A stretch of DNA of 63,295 bases, filler included, from Octopus bimaculoides (GCF_001194135.2; 8 parts of 5 records of this genome joined end to end with filler, not necessarily neighbours in it), one strand, 5' to 3'; positions 11,030 through 23,360 are shown, counted from the whole stretch's first letter. Numbers and translations: made by a program. The notes: generated from the sequence alone by a model not told the origin.

Positions 11030-11470
11030 GATTTTCGGAACGGACCTATCGATAACTTCCAGAAATCCCTGGCCTGGCAATGCTACCGGGGAGCTTTGCT
11101 GGGTTGAGACAAACTCTACAGACGCGTAAGTGCTGTGAGAAGGATCTGTCCGAGGTGTGCGCAAGGCGACGAAACCGTCCTGCAAGTACGCGTCCAGTGT
11201 CGGTGCATTACTGACTTGTGGAGCGTTGTCGAACAGCTGTTGTCGTCTGTAGGATGGATCCGGTTATCAGCCGAGTCCATCGTGAAGTCGGTTGTTCCTA
11301 TGAGGAACTCCCTACTTTGGGGGAATTTTTTAATGTTTAATTGTTTTGTTAATTGTCATGGTTATTTTATTGTTTACTCGATGTTTTATGCTAAAACCCC
11401 ACGTAACCCTAGCTCTTGTTTGTGTCTATTTGTTTTTTGTGTTAGGTCCCTGTAGCTAATAAAGAAACGA
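11030..11470 (+). mobile_element. Tx1/L1-clade LINE 3' fragment (C-terminal zinc knuckle + 3' UTR)
   Basis: IDNFQKSLAWQCYRGA...CPRCAQGDETVLQ...QC...LW resembles the L1/Tx1 C-terminal motif; T-rich UTR and AATAAA near 11458. Confidence 0.6.
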
Positions 11471-11516
11471 TTGTTCCTATAGTAGAAAGAACTATTAATA
11501 TTATTAAGATCAGTAA

Positions 11517-11553
<37 letters not shown>

Positions 11554-11557
<4 letters not shown>

Positions 11558-11957
11558 AGTTTTATTTTTATAACGTGCTTTCACTTCACTACCAAGGGCA
11601 GCTCTGTGTGCCTTGGGTATATGCTATGGTTTGCTGTGATGCTCTTATGGTTACCGTATTGAAAGTGTTTGGCGTAGGATGTGTGCAGTACAATTTTCTG
11701 TATGTTGTATATATTTGTAAGTCCTGGTGTTTTTGTTATGTATTTGTCTGAATAGTTTTTTATCATATCTAATGCGCCCACTATGATAGGAATCGTTATT
11801 ATTTTTAGATTCCACATTCGAGTTACTTCTATTTCCAGGTCTTTGTATTTCGAAAGTTTCTCCATTTCTTTTCGAGAAACATTGTCATCTGTTGGTATTG
11901 ATACATCAATTAGAAAGCAATTTTTTTTCTTCATGATCTCTGACAACTATATCTGGC
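11554..11957 (-). mobile_element. 5'-truncated R4/Dong-like LINE (RLE endonuclease end) embedded in (TAA)n
   Basis: RPDIVVRDHEE...CFLIDVSIPTDDNVSRKEMEKLSKYKDLEIEVTRMW...IPIIVGALDMI is a PD-(D/E)xK RLE domain; (TTA)n arrays on both sides. Confidence 0.85.
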
Positions 11958-11989
11958 CTCATTATTATTATCATTATTATTATTATTAT

Positions 11990-12272
11990 TAAGTGAAAGA
12001 GCAGCGCATACCATCAAAGTGACACTGGGGTACAAATATACGAAGCCCAATATACCCATCATGACTACACATGTGATAAAGGTACACCACGCACAGACAT
12101 CACAACCATATGTGGGCAACATGGTAGCCTCGTGACAAGATAAACAATGCAATTAGAATTTTCTTCCGGTCGAATAGCCCATCCCATTCAAAAGGTTCCT
12201 GAATAAGGGTTGTTTAAGAATGATCTCAACGCATGGCTATGATGCCCCACCCCCACTACTTGAACTCGTGAT
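11990..12272 (-). mobile_element. Dispersed repeat X with (AAT)n tail (SINE or LINE 3' end)
   Basis: Second copy at 55910-56167; both abut a (TTA)n array on the + strand. Confidence 0.7.
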
Positions 12273-12810
12273 CAGAGATGCATTTGACTGTAAGTGTAAA
12301 AAAACCCACTGCGATGAATTTTTTACACGAGCTGTTTGCGAGATATGGTGTCTCAGACGCGACAGTGTGTGACAATGGAACGCAATTTGTGTCTTTTGAA
12401 TTTAAAAAGTTCTGCAAAACGTTCGCTACAGAACATGTAACTACGGCACCATACCATCCCAGATCTTACGGACAAGCAGAACGCTTTGTTGATACGATCA
12501 AGAGAGCCCTAAGAAAGTCTAATAAGATAGTTACTGATGAGGTAGCACTACAACAATTCTTAAGAATATACCGTGTGACACCAAATCCAAATACGCCAGC
12601 AGGTATGTCACCAGCAGAGCTGATGTTTGCGAGGAAAGTAAAATCAGTCTTCGACAAATTGGTTCGTGGCAAGAAAAAAAGAAAAATTGCAATGGCAAAT
12701 ACAACAAAACTTTTCAAAAATGGTGAAAAGGTATTTGTGAGGGCATATATGAACGGAAAATAGAGTTGGGAAGATGGCGCGATTATCAAACGCGTAGGAA
12801 AAAGGTTGTT
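12273..12810 (+). mobile_element. Ty3/Gypsy integrase (rve) fragment
   Basis: LFARYGVSDATVCDNGTQFVSFEF...TAPYHPRSYGQAERFVDTIKRAL...YRVTPNP...SPAELMFAR: integrase D,D35E core region. Confidence 0.9.
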
Positions 12811-13197
12811 GCCTGCTCTACGTACATCTAACCGGATTCCTTCCCTATGTGCGCATGTGTGCGTGTGTGAGTTTGTGTATGTGTGTGTGTGTGCGAGCGC
12901 ATGCGTGTGCGTGAGTGTGTGTGTTTTTGTGCGTGCGTGTATGCGTGCGTGTATGCGTGTGTGAAAAGCCTTAAGAGGTAAGATAATTTCTATGTAGACA
13001 AGAGAGATTTATAACACATAATATCTATTCAACTAAACTAGAGATAAAAAAAAATGCAAAATTCCAGAAGCGAACTATTTAAATATAGTTAACAAAAGAG
13101 GCTAAGAGACAAGATCATATTCACTCTAATACTTATCAGTGTGTGCGTGGTTGGAAACGCGTGCATGAACAAACATGTATAATCATACATGTATGTG

Positions 13198-13248
<51 letters not shown>

Positions 13249-13671
13249 NNNNNNNNNNNNNNNNNNNNNNNNNNNNNNNNNNNNNNNNNNNNNNNNNNNN
13301 NNNNNNNNNNNNNNNNNNNNNNNNNNNNNNNNNNNNNNNNNNNNNNNNNNNNNNNNNNNNNNNNNNNNNNNNNNNNNNNNNNNNNNNNNNNNNNNNNNNN
13401 NNNNNNNNNNNNNNNNNNNNNNNNNNNNNNNNNNNNNNNNNNNNNNNNNNNNNNNNNNNNNNNNNNNNNNNNNNNNNCAATATATATATATATATATATA
13501 TATATAAGAGGATAATTTTATAACTTCGTTAAAGCAAAAATAAAATTAGGACTGCAGCTGGAAGTGGTCAGGTGACACCGAGGCGGAAGGAGAAATAAAT
13601 TGAAAGGTATAATGAACAAATGCTCCAATCAGTCAAAACAACAATATCATTTATATTATTTATTTAAATTT

Positions 13672-13798
13672 ACGGATATTTGTCCTCATCTGGTCTGTTG
13701 TTAACACAACGTATCGGCTGATATACCCGCTAGGCTTCATCAGGTGTGTTGGGGAAATTTCGAACCTGGGTTCTCATTCCTAAGGTATTTTTCGATGT
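13672..13798 (-). mobile_element. PLE pseudo-LTR fragment with degenerate hammerhead (same family as 43427-43669)
   Basis: Reverse complement of 13704-13747 reads ACAC-CTGATGA-AGCCTAGCGGGTATATCAGCC-GATA-CGTT-GTGT; GAAA is mutated to GATA and stem II is disrupted. Confidence 0.75.
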
Positions 13799-13819
13799 TG
13801 TTGTTATTATTATTTAGTA

Positions 13820-14035
13820 GTCTTATTTTTATCACGTGCTTTCACTGCACTACCGAGCACAGCTCTTTGTGCCCTGGGTATGAGCTGTGGTTTGTTGTGA
13901 TGCTCTTATTTTACTATATTTAAAGTGTTTTACGTAGGGTGTGCGCAGTACTTAGTAGTGCTATTTTCTGTATGTTATATATATATATATTCCTTGATAA
14001 GTTGCTCTTATTATAGATATATACTTGTCTGGTAT
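13820..14035 (-). mobile_element. Second 3' end of the R4/Dong-like LINE
   Basis: Clear similarity to 11570-11760; adjacent to a TTA-rich tract. Confidence 0.7.
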
Positions 14036-14044
14036 GCCGTAGTG

Positions 14045-14500
14045 CTGCATAATTCTCCATAAGCGGTGTTATTGTATGGGGCTGAGACATGGCGAACAAC
14101 AGTTAAGTCAAATAAGCAAATACAATCATTCATCAACAGGTGCTTGCGCAGTATACTTAAAATCAGATGGCCCGAACACATAAGCAATATGGAGCTATGG
14201 CAAAGAACGAATCAAGTTTCGAGTAGGGAGCAAATATTTAAGAAAAAGTGGAAGTGGATTGGTAGCATAATTGGAAAGGACACACCAAATGTAGTGAAAA
14301 GTGCTTTACAGTGGAATCCGGATGGCTATAGAAAGAGGGGTAGGCCTAAGAACTTGTGGCGTAGATCAACACAAAAGGAACTAGAGAAAGGGGGACATTC
14401 ATGGCAGAGTATAAGTACAGAAGCGAGAAATTATGCGACATGGAATTCAATTATAAGTGGCCTATACTCCGCGTTGGAGGGTTAAAGGTAAGAAAGAATA
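14045..14500 (+). mobile_element. RTE-clade LINE C-terminal fragment
   Basis: LLYGAETW...FINRCLRSILKIRWPEHISNMELW...KWKWIG...ALQWNPDGYRKRGRPKNLWRR: RTE post-RT motifs. Confidence 0.88.
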
Positions 14501-14824
14501 TATATATATAATAAATCTCTGAGCGAGGTATAAACAGTAGTTGCACGACATCGTGAGGTATATTTGCCACCTAAATGTGGCCGACCCTTAAGGGTCGATG
14601 CTACTGTAGCTTGTAGCCCCAGGAAGACATCTCCTCCAGCTGGCTATTGACACATTTTCTCTGCCCTGTCAGTATTTGCAGAGGAAAGTAATCTTTCCCA
14701 TCTCCAGCCTGACGTGATACACACGGACCCGAGTTACTGGGTATTGACCCGTCATCAGCGAGTGACAACCATCGGTTGGCGATGGGAAGTGGTTCCCAAT
14801 GCAAATATATATATAGTGTTTCCA

Positions 14825-15260
14825 GTTACGAAAACTCACTGATCTCGAAAAAGTGGAAACAAGCAATAATACATCTCTGAGCGAGGTATAAACAGTGGTT
14901 TATACCTTTGTTTCACATTGCTTCTCCTGTGTTCGTTGATTTTTGCGACGACTGAAATGAAGGAACAGCGTGCTTCCGTGAAATTCTGTTTTCTGCTACT
15001 AAAACACTTGTCACACTTCAAACAGATTACAAGGACGCTGCCATGAGCAAAACACAGGTTTGCGAGTGGTTTCCACGCTTTAGGAATGGTCACTTGTCGC
15101 TTGAAGACCAACCTCGTTCAGAATGACCTCCCGGACGAATGAAAACATCAAGAAAATTCAGAACTGATCTTGGAGGACCGTCACCGAACAACTGATAAAC
15201 TTGTTGATATCAATGGTGTGTCCTGGAACTCCTGCAAACGAATTTTGAACGAGGAATTTT
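14825..15260 (+). mobile_element. Mariner transposase N-terminal (HTH) pseudogene fragment
   Basis: MKEQRASVKFCFLL and, across frameshifts, KTQVCEWFPRFRNGHLSLEDQPRS and ILEDRHRTTDKLVDINGVSWNSCKRILNEE. Confidence 0.8.
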
Positions 15261-16650
15261 ATAAATGTAAATAAGTAAACGTACACAAATGATGTAAATA
15301 AATCTAAATAGATTTAAATAAATAAGGAACGTGGATTAGTTATCTCGCGGGTGATGTAGAAAAACTATATATTACCATAATGTNNNNNNNNNNNNNNNNN
15401 NNNNNNNNNNNNNNNNNNNNNNNNNNNNNNNNNNNNNNNNNNNNNNNNNNNNNNNNNNNNNNNNNNNNNNNNNNNNNNNNNNNNNNNNNNNNNNNNNNNN
15501 NNNNNNNNNNNNNNNNNNNNNNNNNNNNNNNNNNNNNNNNNNNNNNNNNNNNNNNNNNNNNNNNNNNNNNNNNNNNNNNNNNNNNNNNNNNNNNNNNNNN
15601 NNNNNNNNNNNNNNNNNNNNNNNNNNNNNNNNNNNNNNNNNNNNNNNNNNNNNNNNNNNNNNNNNNNNNNNNNNNNNNNNNNNNNNNNNNNNNNNNNNNN
15701 NNNNNNNNNNNNNNNNNNNNNNNNNNNNNNNNNNNNNNNNNNNNNNNNNNNNNNNNNNNNNNNNNNNNNNNNNNNNNNNNNNNNNNNNNNNNNNNNNNNN
15801 NNNNNNNNNNNNNNNNNNNNNNNNNNNNNNNNNNNNNNNNNNNNNNNNNNNNNNNNNNNNNNNNNNNNNNNNNNNNNNNNNNNNNNNNNNNNNNNNNNNN
15901 NNNNNNNNNNNNNNNNNNNNNNNNNNNNNNNNNNNNNNNNNNNNNNNNNNNNNNNNNNNNNNNNNNNNNNNNNNNNNNNNNNNNNNNNNNNNNNNNNNNN
16001 NNNNNNNNNNNNNNNNNNNNNNNNNNNNNNNNNNNNNNNNNNNNNNNNNNNNNNNNNNNNNNNNNNNNNNNNNNNNNNNNNNNNNNNNNNNNNNNNNNNN
16101 NNNNNNNNNNNNNNNNNNNNNNNNNNNNNNNNNNNNNNNNNNNNNNNNNNNNNNNNNNNNNNNNNNNNNNNNNNNNNNNNNNNNNNNNNNNNNNNNNNNN
16201 NNNNNNNNNNNTATACAAACACGCGCGCGCACACACACGCATGCACACACATGCATTCACACACACACACTCACACACACATTTTAGGGTGACCCCAAAA
16301 AACAAATTTGGGAAACCCTGAACCGTCACTCCATCGATCTGTGAGGCTTGACAGATAGACACTCCACCTGAAACTTGAAGAAAATTCCATTATATTGTGT
16401 GTTGTCAATAAGCGATTCAGCATTTTACTTTCAGCATAAATGAAAATTTTACCGTAATAGATAGCTATTAATTCAGATACAGTAAAAGTATTGCATTGCC
16501 AATATATGAAACAGTTAGTGCAGTGAGCAAATCATCTGAACAATGCAGTAAGCACACACACACAAACACACACACTATAGCCTCTGGTCGATCACAAGCC
16601 TTGGGAGTGGACTTGCTAGACGAAAAGTGAAAGTTAAAAGATGCCAGTCG

Positions 16651-16783
<133 letters not shown>

Positions 16784-16961
16784 TTGATTCCTGATGTGAA
16801 ACCGTGTGTTGAAACAGATATTGCTATATTTTGGAATGGTAATTTTTTAATTTTTTTGTTTCTACCGAATAAACACACACACACTATATATTTGTTCTTC
16901 ACTCGTTTATTACTGTTCTTATTTTATTTTATGTCCATTGTCTAGAAACCTTATATATAGC

Positions 16962-17370
16962 TACAGGTGCAGGAGTGGCTGTGTGGTAAGTATCTTGCTT
17001 ACCAACCACATGGTTCTGGGTTGAGTCCCACTGCGTGGCACCTTGGGCGAGTGTCTTTTACTATAGCCTCGGACCGACCAAAGCCTTGTGAGTGGATTTG
17101 GTAGACGGAAACTGAAAGAAGCCCGTCGTATGTATGTATATATATATACGTGTGCGTGTGTGTGTCTGTCCCCCTTCCACAACATCGCTTGACAACCGAT
17201 GCTGGTGTGTTTACGTCCCCGTAACTTAGCAGTTCGGCAAAAGAGACCCGACAGAATAAGTAACGAGGCTTACAAAGAATAAATCCTAGAGTTGATTTGC
17301 TCGACTAAAGGCGCTGCTCCAGCATTGCCGCAGTCAATGACTGAAACAAGTAAAAGAATAAAAGAATAGA
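16962..17370 (+). mobile_element. tRNA-derived SINE family C with internal microsatellite
   Basis: Head GGAGTGGCTGTGTGGTAAG...GGTTGAGTCCC, core GGCACCTTGGGCGAGTGTC, tail GACTGAAACAAGTAAAAGAATAAAAGAATA. Partial relatives near 16575, 17430, 25318-25685 (-), 27720 and 61540-61760 (-). Confidence 0.8.
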
Positions 17371-17682
17371 AAAATAGTGCGTGTTTATTTGGGAAAAAAA
17401 ATGACCATTCCGAAATATAACATTTTGTGTGTGTGTGTGTGTATGTATGTCTTTTGTTTCTGTTTGTACCCCTCCATCGCTGGACAACAGATGTAGTTGT
17501 GTTTACGTCCCCATAACACAGCGTTTCGGCAAAACGTGATGCTAGAATAACAGCCAGGCATTAAAAAAAAGTTAGTCCTGAGGTCGATTTGATTGTCTAA
17601 AACTCTTCAAGTCGATGCTCGTTCATGACCGTTCATGACCGCAGTCAAATGACGGAAAGGAGTAATAGATAAAAGATATATA

Positions 17683-17782
17683 NNNNNNNNNNNNNNNNNN
17701 NNNNNNNNNNNNNNNNNNNNNNNNNNTTAATTAATTAANNNNNNNNNNNNNNNNNNNNNNNNNNNNNNNNNNNNNNNNNNNN
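17683..17782. other. Assembly spacer: 44 N + TTAATTAATTAA + 44 N (also 22818-22917, 28456-28555, 34083-34182, 39101-39200, 52903-53002, 61878-61977)
   Basis: Seven identical 100-bp spacers; the 12-mer puts a stop in all six frames. Confidence 0.97.
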
Positions 17783-18124
17783 CTCTTTGTGAAAGTATCT
17801 GTCACTACAGTATCGAAATGTGATTGTTTCAGTTAGTGGAATAGTTTCATTTTTAAAGTGAAAGTATTTGACATGAGTGTTTTTGTTTCACTTTTGACAC
17901 GTAATACTTAAATAGTGGAGGAGATATTATGTTGCTGTGTGCTCGAACTCTGCAAGAAGTTAATAATTTTTTTTGACTAAAACACAACTGGAACCCTAAG
18001 TAAGGCATGTGTAAACTTTGAATGAAATTGGTTGCGTAGTTCTCGAGTTTTAGGGATTCACACAGACAGACAGACAGACAGACAGACACACACACACACA
18101 TTCTCATTTTTATATATATAGATA

Positions 18125-20600
18125 CTAGCAGTAATACCCGTCGTTGATCGGGTAATTACTATTACTCTTTCTCGGGAGCCACATTCAAAGTATTATTGCA
18201 TATATAACTTACTCCTCTTGTATGTGTATGTTTTATAAGAGAAAAAATGTAATAATTGAAGCAGGAAGAACATAAATTTCATACACGAACTTCTATTTGT
18301 TGATTATATGACAATAATAAGTGAATTGTATGTGTTATTTATCAATACACTAATGCCTATCATATAATACGCTTCATTTAAATAGTAATTTACTCATTCT
18401 TGAATGTAATCATAATAATGGCAAATTAAGTAATTGAAGTATTCATGTTGCATTAAAAGTGAATATTCTTTATAAACAATGTTTTTGTTTGTTTTATTTC
18501 GGTGTGCATAAGCAAAAATATTTGCCTTTGCTCGCACACGTGATGCTGCTACATAAAGTTGGCTATATGAAAAGCATGGTTCTGAAAGTTGCAACCGAGC
18601 AACTTTTAGTGTTTGGCCCTGACTTTTATTAATGCTCATGGTAAAAGAAACTCGGATAGGAAACTAACCGCTTAAATTGGAATGGTACACTAGATAGTAT
18701 AACTGGTATGCAAGGAATAAAGACGGTCTTATCTTTACTGCAACCAGTGAGAACATTTGCCTCAATGCAGTTCCTTACAAGTTTGTGCACAATTAGTCTT
18801 GAACCACTTCGCAGTTGCATATGTCAATTGAGTTATAAGTGAATATTTCTCCCGGAAGTTTATTCAATAGTATATTATTAATGCTATTTACAGCAACATT
18901 TTTTGGAGCCAGGATAGTTCGCTCACAGATACAATCTGTATTGTAATTATGAAAAAGATTTGGAAAGATTTCAGCCACCAAATCATCGACGGAATCAGCT
19001 GAATTACATATTGGACTGTTCTTTATCAATTACATATTGGACTGTTGTTTATCAATTGCAACTCTCCCTTCACCGAGTTTCAAAAGATGCTTTGCAAATA
19101 GTTCAGCTGACTGATCTCTTCAAAGTCTCGATCTCATATTTGACAACAGTTGAAGCGTTTTCATATGGTACCATGTACATGATCAGTTCATATAATGTTG
19201 ACATGTATGTCCAATTTATTGAAATAAATCCCTACTTCGATACAATAAATTAAAACTAAAGGGTCTATGCATAAGATGAAATGCATAAAAATTCACACAC
19301 GATACAGCTTTTCTAGAATATTCTCCTGCCTAAGGAATACCAAAGTCATATCCATCTGTTCCATATAGAAAAAGCAACAGGTACTGTAGAGTATCATAGG
19401 AGAGATGTGTATCACTTACCCGTTAAATGGAACAATCTCTACACTTTAAAATGATATCCCGTTTTCCAGATTGTTCACCTGCTAAAATTATAGCAACCTC
19501 ATTAGTCTCTGGTGCATTGAGATGCTGTGAATGCTCAGTTGGGGGCCTTCCATCAGAATTGATCACCAATTGAAAATTTCTGCTTTGTGTTGGGTACATT
19601 TGAAACTCCTGATATAATAATTATTGTTATGAAGCATTTATTGAAGTTGTTGTATTATGTCAAAGTGAAGCCCTTCATTAAGATTATACCTTATTTCAGT
19701 CTGTATTTGCATATTTTTAATGAAATATACTTGAAAAAATTATGGTTTTCATTTTCTAGTAGTAAAATGCTACGAATTCGATGATATACTTGTCCTTGGA
19801 TTCTTAATGTGGGCAGGAATCGTCCCTCATTCACAATATTTGCTCCAAACGATGTCATTTAGAAAGCATTGTTACAGTGTTATATTTCTTGGAGAAAATA
19901 CTTTGAATGGGGGTGGGGAAGTTCCATGAAGACATTTTTCAGTTCTTCAGGAGGGTCAGAAAGAAAGGTTGCATAATTTCCGCCCTCCTGCAGCATAACC
20001 CAAGTGGTTCATTTAATCATTTTTTATCACCACAGCAATAGCTGTGGTGATAACATTTTTTTGGCAAAGTTGGTGAGACATTGAACCAATTTCAGATTCA
20101 TAGCAATGATTGGAATTGTAGTTGAAAGCAACAAAGACACCATTGCTGACATGACCTGCCTTCGTTGTGCCTGATTCGGTCATTTTCACGTCTATTTGCA
20201 GTTTCTTGTAGTGTTTCTTGCATACGATGTGATGCTCTTCGAAGACTATCAACTGCAAGCCGTGCATTTCTTTCGTCTTCGTTTTCTGCTGCTCATCGAG
20301 CAGAATTCTTTGTTTTCTATCTGCACGCTGTGTATTTCTTTGATCTTTGTTTTCTGCTGCACGTCGAACTTCATTCATCGTTAGTCATATGCAAGTCGTG
20401 CATTTCTTTGATTTTCGTTTACTGCTGCACGTCGAGCTTTCTTTCTTTGTCGATCATCTGCAAGCCATGCGCGTCTCTCATCTTTGTTTTCTACTGCACT
20501 TCGAACTGCCATTCTTTGTTGGTTATCTGCAATTCGTGCATTTCTTTGATGTTCGGTTTCAGATGATGATAAAATCAAATCGATTAATAAATCGATCGAA
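18125..20600 (-). mobile_element. Internally deleted, decayed Helitron (Rep-helicase)
   Basis: 3' end: hairpin TACCCG/CGGGTA (18135-18154) then CTAG followed by T. PIF1 helicase motifs SINKSQGQTL, QLYVAASRV, ERTILAPKNVAVNSIN, VFIPCIP. N-terminal Rep-side motifs NAPETNEVAII and YDTLQYLLLFLYG. Coiled-coil repeats ETEHQRNARIAD at the N-terminus. The 5' boundary is approximate. Confidence 0.88.
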
Positions 20601-20845
20601 AATCAATTTTATTCAAAATTATAGCTAATCTTCGGGTCAAAATACAACAATAATATTAATAAAATGAATGTATATATATCAACCAACAATAAATAAGAAA
20701 TGAATTTATATAAAAATACTTATTTTATCAAGAAGTAAAAGTATTTATTTTACAAATAAATAAAAGAAAATAGTTCAATCAGATAAAACTAGGAACCTGT
20801 ATAAACTAGATGTCAAATTATATGATTACCTATTAGAGAAAGAAA

Positions 20846-22817
20846 TTGATAAAAAATATAAAATTGTTCCAGAAAAAAATTCTATATTCTATAAATAAGG
20901 CTTCTAAATTAATAATGATGAAATATGAGTTGGATGATAAAACTGAACCTTATGTACCTATGCACCCTAGAAATACTTTGGAAGACCATAAGGATAATTT
21001 TTATTCTGACCCTAAAGTTAGGCTTATTTGTCCTTGTAAGTCTGATCTAGGTAAATTAAGTAAGATCATTTTAGCTAAATATATCAATAGATTAAATTAT
21101 ATTAATTACCTTAAATTATGGAATAGTACTATAAATACTTTAAAATGGTTTAATAATATTAAAAATAGTTATAAATTTATTCAAATAGATATTGATAATT
21201 ATTATTCTTCTATTAATGAGATTGTACTTAATAAGGCCCTAATTTATGCAATGAAGAAGGTAGGTATGACTTATGATGAAGTTAATGTAGTTAAAATGGC
21301 TCGGAAATCGATAATTAAATACAATAATAAGTTGTGGGCTAGGAAAGATACTAGGGACTATTTTGATATACCAATGGAGGCATCCGATTCAGCACAAGTA
21401 ACTGATTTATTAGGTATATATTTATTATCGGAACTTCAACTTGAAAACTTAAAATTTGAGAGTGGTTTATATAGGGATGACCTCTTATTACTAACTAAGA
21501 ATTGCACCAATAGAACACTAGAATTATATAAGAAGAGACTATATAGTTTTTTCAAAAGAAATAGATTAAAGATTACTATATATAAGGAGAACTATAATAT
21601 AAATTATTTAGATGCAAATTTTAACTTATCAACAGGTAAAACCCAACCTTACCATAAGATTAATGAAAATATTAAATATATTCATGCGAAAAGTAATCAC
21701 CCACTAACAATTAAGAAATCGTTAACATATACTATGGGTAAGAGAATATCATTACTTTCATCCAATTTAGAGATCTTCGAAAAACATGCACCTTATTACA
21801 ATAAAGCCCTTCGTGAGGCGGGATATACTAATGATATTCAATTTTTTAATAATCCGAAATATAATTATAATTATGATATTAATGATTATAATATTAATGA
21901 TCCATTTAATAAAAATAACTTTGAGAATTATGATAAGGTCTAAGGTAATTATGGTAAGAATAGTAATTATTATGATAATAAAAAAACATAAACATAAACA
22001 TAATTGTAATGGACACACTAATAGGATTAAATTTAATTCATTTAATGATAATAATAAATTTAATAATATAAATAATGAATATAATAATATCTATAATCAG
22101 AACAAACTTTGGCTAATCATTCCTTACGGCGTTCAAGTTAAAACTAACATTATGAAAAATATTTTAAATGTAATTGATATATTCCTTAGAGATAATAAAA
22201 AATATTATATCTTTTCTAATAATAATTTGGGTGTAGGTTATCCTACTACTAATAATGTTGGTAACATTATTTTTTCTTTTAATAAATTTAATAGATCTAA
22301 TAGATTTAATAGATTTGCATATATGCATAAGTATTACAAATATGAATTAAATACTTATTCTAATAATAATAATGAGGACCAGGATATAATTAATTGTACA
22401 TGAAGAGATAAGACTAACTGTAAATTTAATAATAAATGTAATTTGTCGTGTATAAATGTATAGTGACTTTAATGGACGGGAATAAATTTAATGGTTATAA
22501 CTTAAATAAGTTTTACATAGGATCGACTTCGAATAAAATTAAATTACGGGTGGCTCAACACATGAATTCCTTTAAGAATAGAAATTTGATTAATTCTATT
22601 GCCCTTAGTAAATATATCTAAGAATATTAAGTACATTTTACATTGGGAGATAGTTTGTAAGGCGAAATCTTATCGTATAGGTAATAACTTTTGTAAGTTG
22701 TGTACTAATGAATTTAAGGAGATATTATTAAATAATCATAATACTTTGTTTAACTCTCTTGTTGAACGTAAAATTAAATGTAAACATAAATTACATTATT
22801 TATATAATAAATTTAGC
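20846..22817 (+). mobile_element. Penelope-like element: RT + CxC-X5-C linker + C-terminal GIY-YIG endonuclease (probably Hydra-clade type), frameshifted
   Basis: RT: PKVRLICPCKSDLG, IDIDNYYSSI, GLYRDD, NYLDANFNL, KSNHP. Linker C-T-*-R-D-K-T-N-C-K-F-N-N-K-C. Endonuclease: VVYKCIV...FYIGSTS...R...H, CKLC...KCKH. Truncated by a spacer at 22818. Confidence 0.88.
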
Positions 22818-22917
22818 NNNNNNNNNNNNNNNNNNNNNNNNNNNNNNNNNNNNNNNNNNNNTTAATTAATTAANNNNNNNNNNNNNNNNNNNNNNNNNNN
22901 NNNNNNNNNNNNNNNNN

Positions 22918-23360
22918 GGAATGTACCCACACTGCTATAGAGAAGCATCTTCACTCGATGGGGAAGGTTCAGAAGTATGGAGCATGGGCTACGCATGCTT
23001 TAGGTGACAACAACAAAAATCACCGAGCCACAATATCCGCTGGTTTGCTTGCTCGTCACCGCTCAACTCATGGACACAAGCAACGATTTCTTTCCACCTC
23101 TTTCGATCTCTTTCAAATGCTATCACAGAGTTTTGTTCAATACTGATGCAGAATTGAGAGCTTGGTTGGATCAATTTTTCGAGTCGAAATCGGGTGATTT
23201 CTACCAACGAGGTATTGAAAATCTTGTTGAACGTTGGGAAGAAGTTGTAAACAACAAGGGTGAATACATTATTGATTAATTAGTTGTTATTTTTTATTAA
23301 ATCTTTTAAAAAATATAAATTTTTAAAAAAACGGCGGGAACTTAATTGCCAACCCAATAT
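22918..23360 (+). mobile_element. Internally deleted mariner (3' half with TIR)
   Basis: KYGAWATHAL, HLFRSLSNA, FNTDAELRAWLDQFFESKSGDFYQRGIENLVERWEEVVNNKGEYIID*; end ...AACTTAATTGCCAACCCAA-TA. Confidence 0.85.

Noticed and set aside
14727-14763. Minus-strand hammerhead-like motif (CTGATGA-CGGGTCAATACCC-AGTAAC)
   Set aside because: GAAA is absent and no plausible stem III forms.
15340-16362. Long ORFs in the ORF track here and at 25822-27205, 35630-37672, 44871-45679 and 56127-57130
   Set aside because: They are made of N runs and microsatellite translations (poly-HT, CV, YI).
17727-17738. TTAATTAATTAA as a biological motif recurring seven times
   Set aside because: Always centred in exactly 88 Ns; a synthetic linker.
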